From Treponema sp. (lineage in GTDB: Bacteria; Spirochaetota; Spirochaetia; Treponematales; Treponemataceae): a DNA stretch of 64,000 bases. Shown here one piece after another: positions 37,629 to 45,452 of the stretch. How positions within the stretch are numbered: the first letter of the stretch is position 1; each line of letters starts with the position of its first letter. The stretch spans positions 16,172-80,171 of the forward strand of contig JAEDGQ010000002.1 of NCBI GenBank assembly GCA_016297415.1, written 5' to 3'. A model generated the notes under the pieces. It had not been told where the DNA came from and ran no database searches. It was given only the letters and a program-made list of their open reading frames with translations. Both the position numbers and the translations under genes were made by a program.

Positions 37629-38750
37629 CTATTTATTAATCTGTTCAAATATAAGGCCGGCAATTGTCTTAGCAGGTCTTTTGTTCTGGGAAAGTTTAAG
37701 ACTTGCGTCAGCCATGTTCTGTCTTACTTTTTCATCAAGAAGTTTTGAAAGATAATTTTTCAAATTTTCATCAGTGGCATCTTTCCCAAGAAGAACAAAG
37801 GCAGCACCTTTTTCTTCAAAAAACTTAGCATTATCAACCTGGTCACCTCTTGTTCCGTTTCCGCAAAGAGGCACAAGAACCATAGGCTTTCCTGTTACAG
37901 AACATTCCCAGATAGAATTTGCTCCGGCTCTTGCAAGAATAATATCAGCAGAAGCAATTACATCAGGCATTTCACCGTAAATAAAAGGATAGGGATAATA
38001 ACTTTCAGACTTGACCGGCACAAAATCAGCATCTTTTGCACCACACTGATGAACAACATTAAAACGTTCTTTTAACCATTCAAGATTATTTACTACAAGT
38101 TCATTCAGCTGATGAGCACCAAGACTTCCGCCAAGAACAAGAAGTTCAGGCTTTTCAGTTTTTGCTTCAGAACCGAAAATAAAATCTCTGCCTTTTTTTC
38201 CGTCTGCTGTGTAAAAAACCGGACGAACAGGATTTCCTGTAACCACAGTTTTATTAATTTTATTCTGGGAAAGGAACTTTTTTGTTTCTTCGTAAGAAAC
38301 TAGAATTTTAGTTGCAAAACGACTGTTGATTCTTGTGGCAAGTCCAGGTGTAAAATCACATTCATGAGTGAACACAGGAATATCAAGAATTCTTGCAGCA
38401 ATGCAAGGTGGTACAGAAACAAATCCACCTTTTGAAAAAAGAACTGCAGGTCTGATAGAAAGAAGTTTGAAAAAAGAAACAACAAAACCTGCTGCTACCT
38501 TGAATAAATCAATAAAATTACTGAAGGAAAAATATCTTCTTAATTTTCCAGATGGAATTCCGCAGAAATGGTCTACACTTCCACTTTTTTCTACAATATT
38601 TTTATCCATACCTTTACTGTTTCCAAACCAGTAAAGTTCTATTTCTGTATTCTGTTCTCTGGCAATTGTTCTAAGTTCATCAGCAATGGCAAGTCCAGGA
38701 TAAATATGGCCGCCAGTACCACCACCTGCAAATACAATTTTTGTTTTCAT
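37629..38750 (-). CDS. murG: Lipid II GlcNAc transferase MurG
   Basis: GGGTGGHIYP, KGGFVS, GNPVR, GGSLGA, RAGA, DQVDNA. Confidence 0.96.
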   Translation of the reverse strand: MKTKIVFAGGGTGGHIYPGLAIADELRTIAREQNTEIELYWFGNSKGMDKNIVEKSGSVDHFCGIPSGKLRRYFSFSNFIDLFKVAAGFVVSFFKLLSIRPAVLFSKGGFVSVPPCIAARILDIPVFTHECDFTPGLATRINSRFATKILVSYEETKKFLSQNKINKTVVTGNPVRPVFYTADGKKGRDFIFGSEAKTEKPELLVLGGSLGAHQLNELVVNNLEWLKERFNVVHQCGAKDADFVPVKSESYYPYPFIYGEMPDVIASADIILARAGANSIWECSVTGKPMVLVPLCGNGTRGDQVDNAKFFEEKGAAFVLLGKDATDENLKNYLSKLLDEKVRQNMADASLKLSQNKRPAKTIAGLIFEQINK

Positions 38751-38759
38751 ATATGTGTT

Positions 38760-38788
38760 ATTATGACACACTTTTGCCTGTTACTCAA
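38760..38788 (-). promoter_or_regulatory. Sigma70-type promoter of the murG operon
   Basis: TTGAGT-N17-CATAAT, 9 nt before ATG 38750. Confidence 0.55.
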
Positions 38789-38797
38789 TAAATCTGC

Positions 38798-39013
38798 TAG
38801 GGCAAACGCATTAAAATATATTCCCTGCTAAAAATGGCTTCCAGTCGTGAAAACGTCTTGTCGAAACCGCATGCTGGCATGCTACACGCGTTTTGTGCTT
38901 GTAACTATATACGTTTGCCGCTCTCGCGGCAGCACAAAACGAGTGTTTTCGCAAGCCGTTTCACTCCTTTGCGCCATTTTCAATATAAAATCGGTTATGA
39001 TGCGTTTGCCCTG
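38798..39013. mobile_element. MITE (216 bp), ISAs1-like ends, 10-bp target-site duplication
   Basis: TIRs TAGGGCAAACGCATTA / TGATGCGTTTGCCCTG; flanks ATAAATCTGC (38788-38797) and ATAGATCTGC (39014-39023). Confidence 0.85.
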
Positions 39014-39043
39014 ATAGATCTGCTAATATTGAAAGAAGTCAAA

Positions 39044-39098
39044 AAAAATGCACTCCAAAAATTGAACTTTATTTGTCCAGCTTTAGGGGTGCACTTCA
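39044..39098 (-). mobile_element. IS3-family end remnant forming a terminator hairpin
   Basis: Minus strand TGAAGTGCACCCCTAAAGCTGGAC-N7-GTTCAATTTTTGGAGTGCA-T8. Confidence 0.6.
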
Positions 39099-39131
39099 TA
39101 GAAGTTTTTAAAAAATTATTTTATTAAAAAA

Positions 39132-40097
39132 CTAGAGGGAAAGTCTTACGCTGGCAGCACCAGACCAGAGTCCCTTGTCTTTAATGTTACGAAGATCAGC
39201 TGTAATACTCAGGTTTACATCAAGAACCAGGAAACTTACACCAATACCTGCAAAAATCTGTGGCTGGATAGCATTAAAATCAAACATATCTGATTTTTCT
39301 GTTCCGCTTCCACCAGTTTCCATACCTACAGCAGTAAGAGCATTCACAGCTGTTTGATCTTTCAATGCCCATGACCAGTCATTTTCGTGTTTAGAAACAA
39401 GACCTCTTAAACCAACAAATGGTGTAAACATAAGAATCTGTTTAGAAAGCTGAGCCTGCACATACATTGTCTGGATTTTGTAATCAACATTTGCTTTTGC
39501 ATAGCTTGAATCACAGCCGAAAGAACCCTGGTTATAAAAGTATCCTAAACCTACAGAAAGTTTTGGCATAACAAGTCCGCCTTCAAGAAGTGCATAACGG
39601 AAGTCTGCACCAATTGTAAAGAAATCTACGTCAAGGTTTGCACCCGGGATTTTATCTGTAGAGATTTTTCCAGTTTTCATTACAGCAATATCAAAGTCGA
39701 ATGGAAGAAGTACACCACCAAAACGAATATCAGCTGTAAATACAGGATAGTAATAATCATCCTTTACATTCTTAATGTTAAGCTCTTTAGCTGCCTTAGC
39801 AATTCCAGAAGTATCAATGTGAGTAAGTCCCATATTGAAACCGCCACCAATGTGTGGTGGAACAGAAGGGAAAAGCTGTCCAATGTAAGCATCTGCCCAT
39901 ACATTCTGCTGTGTTGCAGCCTGTGGAACTGCTATTGCCAGCTGTTTAGAAAAATCAGCCATACCAGAATTTACAGTCTTAACTGTTTCTTTGTACTGTT
40001 CTGGAAGCCCAACAAAATCTTCCCAGTTATTAGCAAATACAGATGATGCCATAAATACTGCAGCTGCCAAAACAACTGCCTTTTTAATCATTTTCAT
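39132..40097 (-). CDS. Exported protein, putative outer-membrane beta-barrel
   Basis: GGAGG RBS, signal peptide ending SSVFA, alternating hydrophobic strands, C-terminal WSGAASVRLSL. Confidence 0.6.
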   Translation of the reverse strand: MKMIKKAVVLAAAVFMASSVFANNWEDFVGLPEQYKETVKTVNSGMADFSKQLAIAVPQAATQQNVWADAYIGQLFPSVPPHIGGGFNMGLTHIDTSGIAKAAKELNIKNVKDDYYYPVFTADIRFGGVLLPFDFDIAVMKTGKISTDKIPGANLDVDFFTIGADFRYALLEGGLVMPKLSVGLGYFYNQGSFGCDSSYAKANVDYKIQTMYVQAQLSKQILMFTPFVGLRGLVSKHENDWSWALKDQTAVNALTAVGMETGGSGTEKSDMFDFNAIQPQIFAGIGVSFLVLDVNLSITADLRNIKDKGLWSGAASVRLSL

Positions 40098-40224
40098 AAA
40101 ACACCTCCAATGTGTCACTGAATCAATTTTAACCCATGAAACAGTAGTTTTCAACCTTTCAAAAAAAAATCCAGAAACTGTTTATGTACAAAAAAAAAGC
40201 TCCTGACCAAGTCAGAAGCTTAAC

Positions 40225-40297
40225 TGCCACAGGTTGGAATCGAACCAACGACATACGGATTTTCAGTCCGGCGCTCTACCAACTGAGCTACTGCGGC
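40225..40297 (-). tRNA. tRNA-Phe(GAA)
   Basis: GCCGCAGTAGCTCAGTTGGTAGAGCGCCGGACTGAAAATCCG...GGTTCGATTCC...TGTGGCA; CCA not encoded. Confidence 0.97.
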
Positions 40298-40408
40298 GTT
40301 GATGTAATTATATTATCTGAAATCGAATTTATGGTCAATAGCAAAAACTAAGTTTTTCAAAAAAAAATTAAAAAAAAGCGGAACATTTCTGCTCCGCCTC
40401 TCAATAAA

Positions 40409-42049
40409 CTAGAACTTAATCTTTCTGTCACTACCCTTGTAATATTCTTCACGAAGGGCACGAACCTGTTCATCAGCCATATAATCATCAAAGGGCATCA
40501 TACGGTCAATTACACCTTTTGGAGTAATTTCAATAATGCGGTTTGCAATTGTAGAAATAAATTCATGGTCGTGTGATGTAAAGAGAATTACACCAGGGAA
40601 GTCTACAAGGGCACGGTTTAAGGATTCAATTGCTTCAAGGTCAAGATGATTTGTAGGATCATCCATAATAAGAATGTTTGCCCCCTGCAGCATCAGTTTA
40701 CTAAGCATACAGCGAACTTTTTCACCACCGGAAAGAACCTTTACTTTTTTAAGTGATTCATCTCCAGAGAACAGCATGCGTCCAAGGAATCCCCGAACGT
40801 AAGCATCGTCCTGTTCCTTAGAATACTGTTTAAGCCATTCTGTAATATTGTAATCATTATTGAAGTATTTGTTGTTATCGCGGCCAAGGTAAACAAAACT
40901 TGTTGTCTGTCCCCAGAAATATTCACCGCTTTCAGGTTTTACTTCACCGGCAATAATGTCAAACAGAGAAGAAATTGTATTGTGTTCAACACCAACAAAA
41001 GCGATTTTATCTGTACGGTTTACGATAAGATCGTAATCTTTAAGTAGCTGTACGCCGTCTTCATCTTTTGAATTAAGTTTACGGCATTCAAGTACGTTGT
41101 TACCAATTTCACGGTCTGGCTTAAACTGAACAAAAGGGAACTTGCGGCTTGTAACTGGCAGATCTTCCAGTTCCAGCTTTTCCAGAACCTTTTTGCGAGA
41201 AGTAGCCTGACGGCTCTTTGCAGCATTTGAAGCAAACCGCTGGATAAATTCTTTAAGATCTTTAGCCTTTTCTTCATTCTTCTTTTTCTGGTCTCTAGCC
41301 TGTTTCTGAAGAATCTGGCTCATCTGATACCAGAAGTCATAGTTACCGGCAAACTGAGTAATTTTTCCGTAGTCAATATCGCATGTAACAGTACAAACAG
41401 TATTAAGGAAGTGACGGTCATGGCTTACAACAATTACGATATTTTCAAAGTCAAGAAGGAAGTCTTCCAGCCAGTTAATCGATTCAAGGTCAAGACCGTT
41501 AGTAGGTTCGTCCAGTACCAGAATTTCTGGATTACCAAAAAGAGCCTGTGCAAGAAGAACACGAACTTTCTGAGATTCATCAAGTTCACTCATCATCTTG
41601 TCATGGAACTTTTCTTCAAGACCAAGACCAGAAAGCATCTGTTCAATCTGGTTTTCAGCTTCGTATCCCCCAAGTTCACCAAACTGAGCTTCAAGTTCTG
41701 CAGATTTAATACCGTCTTCTTCTGTAAAGTCAGCTTTAGCGTAAATTTCATCACGAGCCTTAGAAACTTCATAAAGTTTTGGATAACCCATCATTACAGT
41801 TTCTTTTACGGCATATTCATCGTATGCAAAGTGATCCTGTTTAAGAACAGCCATGCGTTCACCCGGAGTAATGATAATTTCACCGGAATCTCTTTCCTGT
41901 TCTCCAGAAAGTACCTTCAAAAATGTTGATTTTCCGGCACCATTGGCACCAATAATTCCATAACAGTTGCCTGCAGTAAATTTAAGGTTTACATCCTTAA
42001 AAAGAGGCTTTTCGCTAAAGTGTAAGCTTACGTCTGATACTGTAATCAT
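40409..42049 (-). CDS. ABC-F family ATPase (YbiT/YkpA-like)
   Basis: Two ABC domains (GANGAGKST, LDEPTNGLD, LSGGEK, DDPTNHLD), no TM, inter-domain linker FIQRFASNAAKSRQATSR. Confidence 0.93.
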   Translation of the reverse strand: MITVSDVSLHFSEKPLFKDVNLKFTAGNCYGIIGANGAGKSTFLKVLSGEQERDSGEIIITPGERMAVLKQDHFAYDEYAVKETVMMGYPKLYEVSKARDEIYAKADFTEEDGIKSAELEAQFGELGGYEAENQIEQMLSGLGLEEKFHDKMMSELDESQKVRVLLAQALFGNPEILVLDEPTNGLDLESINWLEDFLLDFENIVIVVSHDRHFLNTVCTVTCDIDYGKITQFAGNYDFWYQMSQILQKQARDQKKKNEEKAKDLKEFIQRFASNAAKSRQATSRKKVLEKLELEDLPVTSRKFPFVQFKPDREIGNNVLECRKLNSKDEDGVQLLKDYDLIVNRTDKIAFVGVEHNTISSLFDIIAGEVKPESGEYFWGQTTSFVYLGRDNNKYFNNDYNITEWLKQYSKEQDDAYVRGFLGRMLFSGDESLKKVKVLSGGEKVRCMLSKLMLQGANILIMDDPTNHLDLEAIESLNRALVDFPGVILFTSHDHEFISTIANRIIEITPKGVIDRMMPFDDYMADEQVRALREEYYKGSDRKIKF

Positions 42050-42078
42050 TTTTTTCTCCCTGAATTTTCATTAAATAA

Positions 42079-42160
42079 AGGGGGAAGTCTCCCCCTGCGG
42101 CCGCACTTCGTTGCGACCTACCCTCTCTGCGCCCTCAATCGCCGGGCGCAACGCCGGGCT
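42079..42160 (-). repeat. GC-rich multi-hairpin intergenic element (REP/MITE-like)
   Basis: Three hairpins: TGCGCCC/GGGCGCA, GGTCGCA-ACGAAGT-GCGGCC, AGGGGGAG/TTCCCCCT; begins GGCGTTGC a few nt after the helicase stop. Confidence 0.65.
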
Positions 42161-42162
42161 CT

Positions 42163-43704
42163 CTATTTCTTTTTAGTAAACATTGCAAAAAGTCTGCCAA
42201 AAAATCCTGTTTTTTTCACCTGAGATGAAGCAGGTTTTCCGCCATTTTTTTTCCTGTCAAAGTTTCTTTTTTTACCATTACGGTTATTATTTATGTCGTA
42301 AGGCTTTCTTGTTTTCTGCTCAAAAGAATACTTTCCTGCATATTTCTGCTTAAAGTATTCTCTTCTTTCATCTGCAGACATAGAACTAAGTCTGTCCAGT
42401 TCTTCTCTGGAAGTTCTTTCTCCAGAACGGAAACCAGAACTTTTTTTGTTGAATCCTGCTTTTCTGTTTCTGTCATTTTTATCAGATTTTCTGCCGCTTC
42501 TGAAATTCTTAGAATCATTTCTGTTCCTTTTTTCAGTATTCCAGTTTTTACCTTCAGAAAGATCAGTTCCAAAATCTTCACTGCCTGCAACAATGTAAGG
42601 AATCTTCTTTTCAATGTATTTTTCGATTCCCATCAGATTGAAAGCGTCTTCCTGAGTATCGCCGCAGAAAGAATAAGCTTTTCCTTTTTTTCCTGCACGG
42701 GCTGTACGGCCAATACGGTGAACATAATTTTCAGCTTCGTTTGGAAGATCGTAATTAATTACCATTGCCAGGTCATTAACATCAATACCACGGGCAGCCA
42801 CATCTGTGGCAATAAGACACTTAATTTTTCCGCTTTTAAAATTGTTCATTATGCGAAGACGCTTTGTCTGAGGAAGGTCCCCGATAATGAATTCATTTTT
42901 TACACCATTAGCATCAAGTCTTCTGGAAAGAATTTCACAGTATTTTTTAGTGTTACAGAAAATAATAAGGCTGTCAGGCTTTTCTCTTGAAATAATTCCC
43001 ATAAGAAGCTTAATTTTATCATCACTTCCAACATGAATCAGTTCCTGGTCAATTTCATCAACAGTAATGTTTTCAGCTTCAATAGTTACTTCTTTTGCAT
43101 CTTTAGTATATTCATAGGCCAGATTTTTTACATAAGTATTCAAAGTGGCACTAAAAAGCATTGTCTGTCTTGTTTCTGAAGAAGGTAAAAATTTAAGGAT
43201 TTTACGCAGATCAGGATAAAAGCCCATATCAAACATACGGTCAGCTTCATCAATGGCAAGATAAGATACATGAGTTAAATCCAGTTTGTCCTGTTCTTTT
43301 AAGTCAATAACACGGCCTGGAGTACCAATAATAATATCAGCGCCTTTTTCAAGTCTGGCAATCTGTTCTTCGTATCCCACACCACCGTAAATGGAAACAA
43401 ACTTTAGGCCTGTATTTTTCCCCAGCTTTTTAGCTTCTTCTTCAACCTGAACTGCCAGCTCCCGGGTAGGAACCATAACAAGAGCATTTTTACCTTCGCA
43501 TTTTCCCCCTGAGAGAAGCTGCTGCATAATAGTTACAAGAAAAGCAGCTGTTTTTCCAGTCCCAGTCTGAGACTGAACATAAAGGTCAGAACCGTCAAGA
43601 GAAATTTTCAATACCTGTTCCTGAACAGGTGTACAAGTTACATAACCAGCTTCACTAATACCGCTGGCAAGTGTTTCAAATAAATTTATTTCTGAATAAT
43701 TCAT
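42163..43704 (-). CDS. DEAD-box RNA helicase (RhlB/RhlE-like)
   Basis: SQTGTGKT, PTRELA, TPGR, DEAD, SAT, ARGID, HRIGRTARAG. Confidence 0.95.
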   Translation of the reverse strand: MNYSEINLFETLASGISEAGYVTCTPVQEQVLKISLDGSDLYVQSQTGTGKTAAFLVTIMQQLLSGGKCEGKNALVMVPTRELAVQVEEEAKKLGKNTGLKFVSIYGGVGYEEQIARLEKGADIIIGTPGRVIDLKEQDKLDLTHVSYLAIDEADRMFDMGFYPDLRKILKFLPSSETRQTMLFSATLNTYVKNLAYEYTKDAKEVTIEAENITVDEIDQELIHVGSDDKIKLLMGIISREKPDSLIIFCNTKKYCEILSRRLDANGVKNEFIIGDLPQTKRLRIMNNFKSGKIKCLIATDVAARGIDVNDLAMVINYDLPNEAENYVHRIGRTARAGKKGKAYSFCGDTQEDAFNLMGIEKYIEKKIPYIVAGSEDFGTDLSEGKNWNTEKRNRNDSKNFRSGRKSDKNDRNRKAGFNKKSSGFRSGERTSREELDRLSSMSADERREYFKQKYAGKYSFEQKTRKPYDINNNRNGKKRNFDRKKNGGKPASSQVKKTGFFGRLFAMFTKKK

Positions 43705-43796
43705 AATTTCTTAGCAAATATTAGAAAATTATACTGTTTTTTGTCCTATAGTTCAACTTACTATATTTTTCACAGGATTTTCGCTAAAATATAAAT

Positions 43797-44909
43797 ATGG
43801 AAAATAAAAATCAGTATCAGGCAGAATTATTCGCCAACAGACTTTCAAAAAAATACAAACTCTTAAAAAAATGGGCCCGCCGGGAACGAATCAGCTGTTA
43901 TCGTCTTTACGATAAAGACATTCCGGAAGTCCCTCTTGCCGCAGACCTGTACGAATTTCTCCCTGAGGAAATTACTGATAAGGTAGAATGTGCAAAATGG
44001 ATGCGTGAATTTGAAGCCCGTATTTCTGCCAACGATAATTCAGCAATTACAGACCAGAAACAGAGAACATACCTTCATCTTTATCTTTACGAACGTCCTT
44101 ATGAAAAAGACGAAAAAGAAGAACAGGAATGGATGGATTTAATGGCACAGGCTGCTGCAAAAGTTCTCCAGATTCCGGAATCTCATGTAATTCACAAGCT
44201 CCGCAAAAAGCAGAAAGGCACAGATCAGTACGAAAAGATTGAATCAGACAGAACTCTCCAAGGCCTTACACAGGAATGCGGACAGCTTTTTAAAATTAAT
44301 TTAAGCGATTACCTGGACACAGGTCTTTTTATGGATCACAGACCTCTTCGTTCAGTTGTAAGAGCCACAGCCAGCGGCAAATCCGTTCTTAACCTTTTCT
44401 GTTACACAGGCAGTTTTTCAGTTTATGCAGCAGAAGGAAAAGCCCGCCGGGTAGAATCAGTAGATTTAAGCAACACTTATATCAGCTGGGCAAAGTCAAA
44501 TCTTGAACTTAATGATTTTAAAGACCGCAACAAATACTTTTTTACCCGTCAGGATGTAACAGGCTTTTTGAACCAGAAAAACGCAGAAGTTGCCAGCGAA
44601 GAAGGAACAAACCGTTACGATATTATTATCTTAGACCCTCCAACATTCTCAAATTCAAAAGCCACAACAAATGTACTGGATATAAACAGGGACTGGAGCA
44701 GTCTTTGCTCAAAATGTATAAAAATCCTTAAGCCAAAAGGAATCCTCTATTTTTCTACAAACAGCCGCCGCTTAAATTTTGAAGAATCCCAACTCAGAAA
44801 CAAAACAGAAGGTCTGGACTACAAAATTGAGGACATTACAGAACAGTCAATTCCAGAAGATTACAAAGGCAAAAAAATCCACCGCTGCTGGAAAATCAGT
44901 TTATTATAA
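43797..44909 (+). CDS. SAM-dependent rRNA methyltransferase (stand-alone RlmK/RlmI-like domain)
   Basis: CYRLYDKDIPE, YLDTGLFMDHR, LNLFCYTG, VDLSNTY, LDPPTFSNSK, IHRCW. Confidence 0.85.
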   Translation: MENKNQYQAELFANRLSKKYKLLKKWARRERISCYRLYDKDIPEVPLAADLYEFLPEEITDKVECAKWMREFEARISANDNSAITDQKQRTYLHLYLYERPYEKDEKEEQEWMDLMAQAAAKVLQIPESHVIHKLRKKQKGTDQYEKIESDRTLQGLTQECGQLFKINLSDYLDTGLFMDHRPLRSVVRATASGKSVLNLFCYTGSFSVYAAEGKARRVESVDLSNTYISWAKSNLELNDFKDRNKYFFTRQDVTGFLNQKNAEVASEEGTNRYDIIILDPPTFSNSKATTNVLDINRDWSSLCSKCIKILKPKGILYFSTNSRRLNFEESQLRNKTEGLDYKIEDITEQSIPEDYKGKKIHRCWKISLL

Positions 44910-45003
44910 GGGCGTTGCCGTCAGAGCCGGCCGGGCTATCCGTGGTTCCGCTATCGCTTCATTGCTGACGCAACGGCTTTGCCGCCACTACTATCCCTAA
45001 CGC
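44910..45003 (+). ncRNA. Structured intergenic element GGGCGTT...CCTAACGC (Flavo-1-like), copy B
   Basis: GGGCGTT-hairpin-CGGGCTATCCG...CTATCCCTAACGC resembles the Flavo-1 motif as recalled; covaries with copy A. Confidence 0.65.
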
Positions 45004-45040
45004 AAAAAAAAGACCTTTCTGAAAAATCAGAAAGGTCTTT
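45004..45040. terminator. Terminator between convergent methyltransferase gene and rpmE
   Basis: AAAGACCTTTCTGA-AAAA-TCAGAAAGGTCTTT preceded by an A-run. Confidence 0.8.
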
Positions 45041-45056
45041 CTGTAAATGAAAGCTG

Positions 45057-45269
45057 CTATTCAGCTTTAGCCTGAATACCGTAACGCTTGTTAAAGCGGT
45101 CGATACGTCCTGCAGTGTCAACCAGCTTCTGCTTACCTGTGTAGAATGGGTGGCAGGCAGAACAAATTTCAACGTTGATGTTTTCAACTGTTGAACGTGT
45201 TTCGATTACATTACCGCAAGCGCAAGTAATTTTTGTCAATTTGTATTCCGGGTGAATACCTTCTCTCAT
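45057..45269 (-). CDS. rpmE: 50S ribosomal protein L31 (zinc-binding form)
   Basis: [31 protein letters not shown]. Confidence 0.97.
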   Translation of the reverse strand: MREGIHPEYKLTKITCACGNVIETRSTVENINVEICSACHPFYTGKQKLVDTAGRIDRFNKRYGIQAKAE

Positions 45270-45404
45270 AATAAAACTCCTTATCTCTTGCCCGATATTA
45301 AAGCAACCCCAGTCACCTCTAGCTTGTGCAAAATCCTTGTCAGGACCACTTCTATCATTTCATCACTGTTAGGAAGCAAGTTAACACCACAAGAGTGATT
45401 TCTT

Positions 45405-45434
45405 ATTCTATAAAAAAAAGCGCTGTTTAGTCAA
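45405..45434 (-). promoter_or_regulatory. Sigma70-type promoter of rpmE
   Basis: TTGACT-N18-TAGAAT, implying a leader of about 128 nt. Confidence 0.6.
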
Positions 45435-45452
45435 CAAACAGCACCATTAAAA

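Noticed and set aside
38834..39127. 97-aa ORF as a transposase fragment
   Set aside because: It runs across the MITE and IS-end hairpins with no RBS or transposase motif.
40155..40408. Integrated island at tRNA-Phe (and at tRNA-Glu, 52927-52998)
   Set aside because: No integrase and no duplicated tRNA 3' end seen in the window.
45340..45368. C/D-box-like or hammerhead-like words (GUGAUGA...CUGA) in the rpmE leader
   Set aside because: The required flanking stems and hammerhead core order are absent; probably chance.
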